Source of the DNA: an uncultured delta proteobacterium
Lineage (GTDB): Bacteria; Myxococcota_A; Polyangia; Polyangiales; Polyangiaceae
Assembly: GCA_963841435.1 (NCBI GenBank)
Contig: CAWJCS010000002.1
Location: 1 to 64,000 of the forward strand
Reading direction: 5' to 3'
DNA length: 64,000 bases
The position numbers and the translations under genes are program-made. A model generated the notes under the pieces. The model was not told the origin of the DNA. It saw only the letters and a list, made by a program, of their open reading frames with translations, and ran no database searches. Of the stretch, positions 60,852-64,000 are shown one piece after another (position 1 is the first letter of the stretch; the number at the start of each line of letters is the position of its first letter).

Positions 60852-63017
60852 TCATTTGACGACCATCACGGCCACCTGGCCCGTCGTGCGGGTAACCGTG
60901 AGCGCGACGTCCTCCGGGTAGCGGTGAAGGTGTAGATCCACCCGGGCCGAGCCGACGCGCAGGTTCTGGATCGAAAGATCCTCGACGAAGGGGGGCAGCA
61001 CGGGGTGACGAAAGACGACGCGCGTATTGGCGGCGTCGATCGCGAGGCCGAGCACGCCGCGCAGCAGGCTGAAGACCGCCGCGGACGCCCACGCCTGCGG
61101 CGAACAAGCGACGGGATATTGCGTCGGTGCCTGCCCGTGCTGGCGCGTGAACCCGCAGAACAGCTCAGGCAAGCGGTGGAGCTCCATGAAGAGCGACGCA
61201 TCGAAGAGCGCCGCAAAGAGCTTCGCGGCTTCGGTCTTCCTCCCGTACGCGCCGAAGGCCTCCGCGACGATGGCGTTGTCGTGCGGCCAGATCGAGCCGT
61301 TGTGATACGACATCGGATTGTAGCGTTGCTCGTCGGACGCCAGCGTTCGGACGCCCCAGCCCGAAAACATCTGCTCGGAAAGGAGCCCCTTGACGAGAGG
61401 CGTCACCCGCTCGGGGAGCACGATGCCTGCATACAAGGCATGGCCTGCGTTCGAGGTCTTGATGCGGCAGGGCTGCTTGTTGCCGTCCAGAGCGAGCGCG
61501 TAGGTGGAGAGGTCGTCACACCAGAACGCTTCGTCGAAACGCGCTTGCAGCGCCAGGGCTCTACGCTGCCAGGTCTCGGCGAGAGCATCGTGCCCGAGCA
61601 GGCGAGCGAGCCTCGCCATCCCGCTGTAGGCGGCAAATGCGTAACCCTGCGCCTCGCACAGGGCGATGGGTCCCACGGCGATCGTGCCGTCGGCGTGGGA
61701 TACCGAATCGTCCGAATCCTTCCAACCCTGTTGAACGAGCCCGTCCGCGGAATGGCGGCCGTATTCGATGAAGCCATCCCCATCCGCGTCGCCGTAGCGT
61801 TCCATCCACTCCACGGCGGCGAGAATCTCGGGCCACAGCTCTTCGACGAGTGCTCGATCGCCGGTCGCTCGGTGGTAGCGGTCGGCGAGCATCAAATAGA
61901 GCGGCGTCGAGTCCACGCTGCCGTAGTACCGGCCAAAGGGGATTTCGCCAAGAGCTGCCATCTCACCGTCGCGGAGCTCGTGCAGGATCTTGCCGGGCTC
62001 GGCGTCGACGGTGGCGTCGAGCTCCTTGGCCTGGTGTGCCGACAGGAAGCGCAGCACGCCGGCCGCGAGGTCCGGCTCGAACCAGAGCGCTTCGAGCGCC
62101 GTCCAGATCCCATCGCGGCCGAACGGGGTGCTGAACCACGGCACGCCGGCGTACGGATAGGCTCCGTGGGGCGTCTTGGTCGTCAGCAGGCGTAGGTCGG
62201 CTCGGGAGCGCTCCAACCACGCGTTGAGCTGCTCGTTCGAGCTGACGATTCGGCACTCGCGCTCTTCGCGCTCGCGCTCGCGCGTCGACGCCTGCGAAAA
62301 CGCGCTTTCATACGGAGTGGCCACGGGCAACGGTCCGGGACCCTGATGACAGGCGATCCGTAGATAGATGATGCGCGTCTGCCGGCTCTCCAGGCGGATC
62401 CGGAAGTGCGCGGAGAGGGCGTCGAGTCGCTCGGGTGCCGGCGTGAACTCGAAGCGGGTCTTGCGCTCGAGCTGATCGAGCCCGCGGTAGGTGAGCAAAA
62501 CTGACCCGGCGCCCACCTCGGGATCCAACGACTCCCCGCGGCGCTCTCGCCGCGTGCCGCGTACTTCGAAGATGTCGACGAAATCCGCCGCAAAATCGAA
62601 GTCGAGCTCCATCTCGACGGCCTGCGCGCCGTAGTTCGACAGCAGCACGCGCTCGAAGTAGGAGCCCTCGCGCAGGAATCGGGTGCGGGCGAGGTGAAGG
62701 GTGCCGTTCGGGACGCGTAGCCGATCGCCCTCGAACAGATCAGGATTCGTGAGATCGACCGCGAGCACGAGGCCGCCGTCGGGCATGCTCGAGCTCAGAA
62801 GCATCGGATGTCGCTTGCCCATCCTGAGCTCGAGGCGGGAGAGATGTCTGGTGCCGCGGTGATAGAGTCCCTCCTCGCCACGGGGCGACCCGCGCACGTC
62901 GCCCGTGCGGCTCACGACCATGAACGTATCGCCGGCCTTGAGGACGCGCCGCCCGTCGGCCAGACGCGAGGCGGACGCCAAGACGTGATAGCGGGCGTCG
63001 TCCGCGTGATCGTTCAT
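60852..63017 (-). CDS. Amylo-alpha-1,6-glucosidase / glycogen-debranching family protein
   Basis: AGVPWFSTPFGRD, EPGKILHE, QGWKDS and YHNGSIWPHDN motifs. Confidence 0.92.
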   Translation of the reverse strand: MNDHADDARYHVLASASRLADGRRVLKAGDTFMVVSRTGDVRGSPRGEEGLYHRGTRHLSRLELRMGKRHPMLLSSSMPDGGLVLAVDLTNPDLFEGDRLRVPNGTLHLARTRFLREGSYFERVLLSNYGAQAVEMELDFDFAADFVDIFEVRGTRRERRGESLDPEVGAGSVLLTYRGLDQLERKTRFEFTPAPERLDALSAHFRIRLESRQTRIIYLRIACHQGPGPLPVATPYESAFSQASTREREREERECRIVSSNEQLNAWLERSRADLRLLTTKTPHGAYPYAGVPWFSTPFGRDGIWTALEALWFEPDLAAGVLRFLSAHQAKELDATVDAEPGKILHELRDGEMAALGEIPFGRYYGSVDSTPLYLMLADRYHRATGDRALVEELWPEILAAVEWMERYGDADGDGFIEYGRHSADGLVQQGWKDSDDSVSHADGTIAVGPIALCEAQGYAFAAYSGMARLARLLGHDALAETWQRRALALQARFDEAFWCDDLSTYALALDGNKQPCRIKTSNAGHALYAGIVLPERVTPLVKGLLSEQMFSGWGVRTLASDEQRYNPMSYHNGSIWPHDNAIVAEAFGAYGRKTEAAKLFAALFDASLFMELHRLPELFCGFTRQHGQAPTQYPVACSPQAWASAAVFSLLRGVLGLAIDAANTRVVFRHPVLPPFVEDLSIQNLRVGSARVDLHLHRYPEDVALTVTRTTGQVAVMVVK

Positions 63018-63018
63018 C

Positions 63019-64000
63019 CTAGGCGGCCCGCCCCAGCGTGTCGGGGCGGGGTTCAGCGACCCGGCGATAGAGCTCGAGATAGTCGTTTGCCATGCGCCGC
63101 GCCGTGAACCGGCACTCGAAAGCCCGGCGCACGCCCGCTCGCGGGAGCTCGTGCGCTCGCCGGGCGGCCTCGATCGCGGAAGGCAGGTCGTCCACGACGA
63201 AGCCCGAGACGCCGTGCTCGATCACCTCGGGCACCGAGCCGTGGCGAAATGCAATGACCGGAGTGCCGCGGGCCATGGCTTCGATCATGACGATGCCGAA
63301 CGGCTCCGGCCAGTCGATGGGGAAGAGCAGCGCGCGGGCACCTCCGACGAGCTCCGATTTGCGCGTGTCGTCCACCTCCCCGACGTACTCGACCAGCGGG
63401 TGGTGCATGCGATGCGCAATCTCGCGCTCGTAGTACTCGCGGTCCGCCTTGTCGATCTTGGCTGCGATTTTGAGCGGCGTCCCGAGCGCCGTGGCGATCT
63501 CGATCGCGCGGTCAACGCGCTTTTCGGGGGAGATCCGCCCTACGAACACGAAGTAGTCGCCGCCGCCGCTCGAGTAGTCGAACAGATCTTGCGGCAAGCC
63601 ATGATGCACGGTGCCAAGCCAGCGCGCCTGCTGCAGTGGTGTGCGTTGCGCATCCGAAATCGAAACCACCGGCATGTCGGCGAAGCAGTCGTACACGGAC
63701 TGGAGATCGGGAAGATCCAGGCGCCCGTGCAAGGTCGTGAGCTGGGGCAGCCTCATCAACCGCGACACCAGGAAGTGGAAGTAGTCGATGTGAAAGTGCA
63801 CAACGTCGAATTTTTGGCAGTCGTGGAGGAGACGCTCGAGCATCACCATGTGGTGCGCTATGGGGTCGATGCACCCGGGATCGAGCCGGAGCGAGCGCGG
63901 GCATATAGGAACGAGCCGCGCCGAGGTCTGGGCATCACCCGTCGCGTACAGCGTCACGTCGTGGCCCATGGCGACGAGCTCTTCCGTCAGGTAGTGGACG
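63019..64000 (-). CDS. GT4 glycosyltransferase (5' end outside the window)
   Basis: GRISPEK and FPIDWPEPFGIVMIEAMARGTPV motifs. Confidence 0.92.
   Translation of the reverse strand, partial: VHYLTEELVAMGHDVTLYATGDAQTSARLVPICPRSLRLDPGCIDPIAHHMVMLERLLHDCQKFDVVHFHIDYFHFLVSRLMRLPQLTTLHGRLDLPDLQSVYDCFADMPVVSISDAQRTPLQQARWLGTVHHGLPQDLFDYSSGGGDYFVFVGRISPEKRVDRAIEIATALGTPLKIAAKIDKADREYYEREIAHRMHHPLVEYVGEVDDTRKSELVGGARALLFPIDWPEPFGIVMIEAMARGTPVIAFRHGSVPEVIEHGVSGFVVDDLPSAIEAARRAHELPRAGVRRAFECRFTARRMANDYLELYRRVAEPRPDTLGRAA

Overview
High-GC DNA, probably from a Polyangia-type Myxococcota genome (inferred from a MYXO-CTERM tail, a DUF1552 fragment, Gly-rich lipoproteins and a Hanks kinase). The window is mostly a mosaic of short unrelated blocks rather than an ordinary chromosome segment. 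More than 12 remnants of rolling-circle (IS91/ISCR-like, HUH) transposons mark many of the junctions. One subfamily leaves a conserved 21-nt end (CAGTTsGwwnnnCCTTGGCGC) at seven positions, usually abutting a decapitated gene or an att-like site. Two IS66 types, an IS3 (IS2-like), an IS630, an IS21 stub and an rve-integrase stub are also present. Broken cargo includes defence-type genes (S8 peptidase, hsdM, hsdR, UvrD helicase, Fic) plus amt, CBS, RCC1, esterase and DUF1552 fragments. Intact cargo includes secreted proteins (two trypsin-like proteases, a lectin-like beta-propeller, a beta-helix protein, lipoproteins), three AbiEii-like nucleotidyltransferase modules, an orphan Rhs tip with a putative immunity gene, a large arsenic operon (arsR-arsD-arsA-OsmC-like-arsC-acr3-arsC-MIP), a sulfatase and a GT4/glycogen-debranching pair. 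3' fragments resembling tRNA-Glu and tmRNA mark att-like sites. Many single-base frameshifts fall in homopolymers, so long-read error and assembly chimerism must be excluded. All family calls come from motif recognition by eye; no searches were run.
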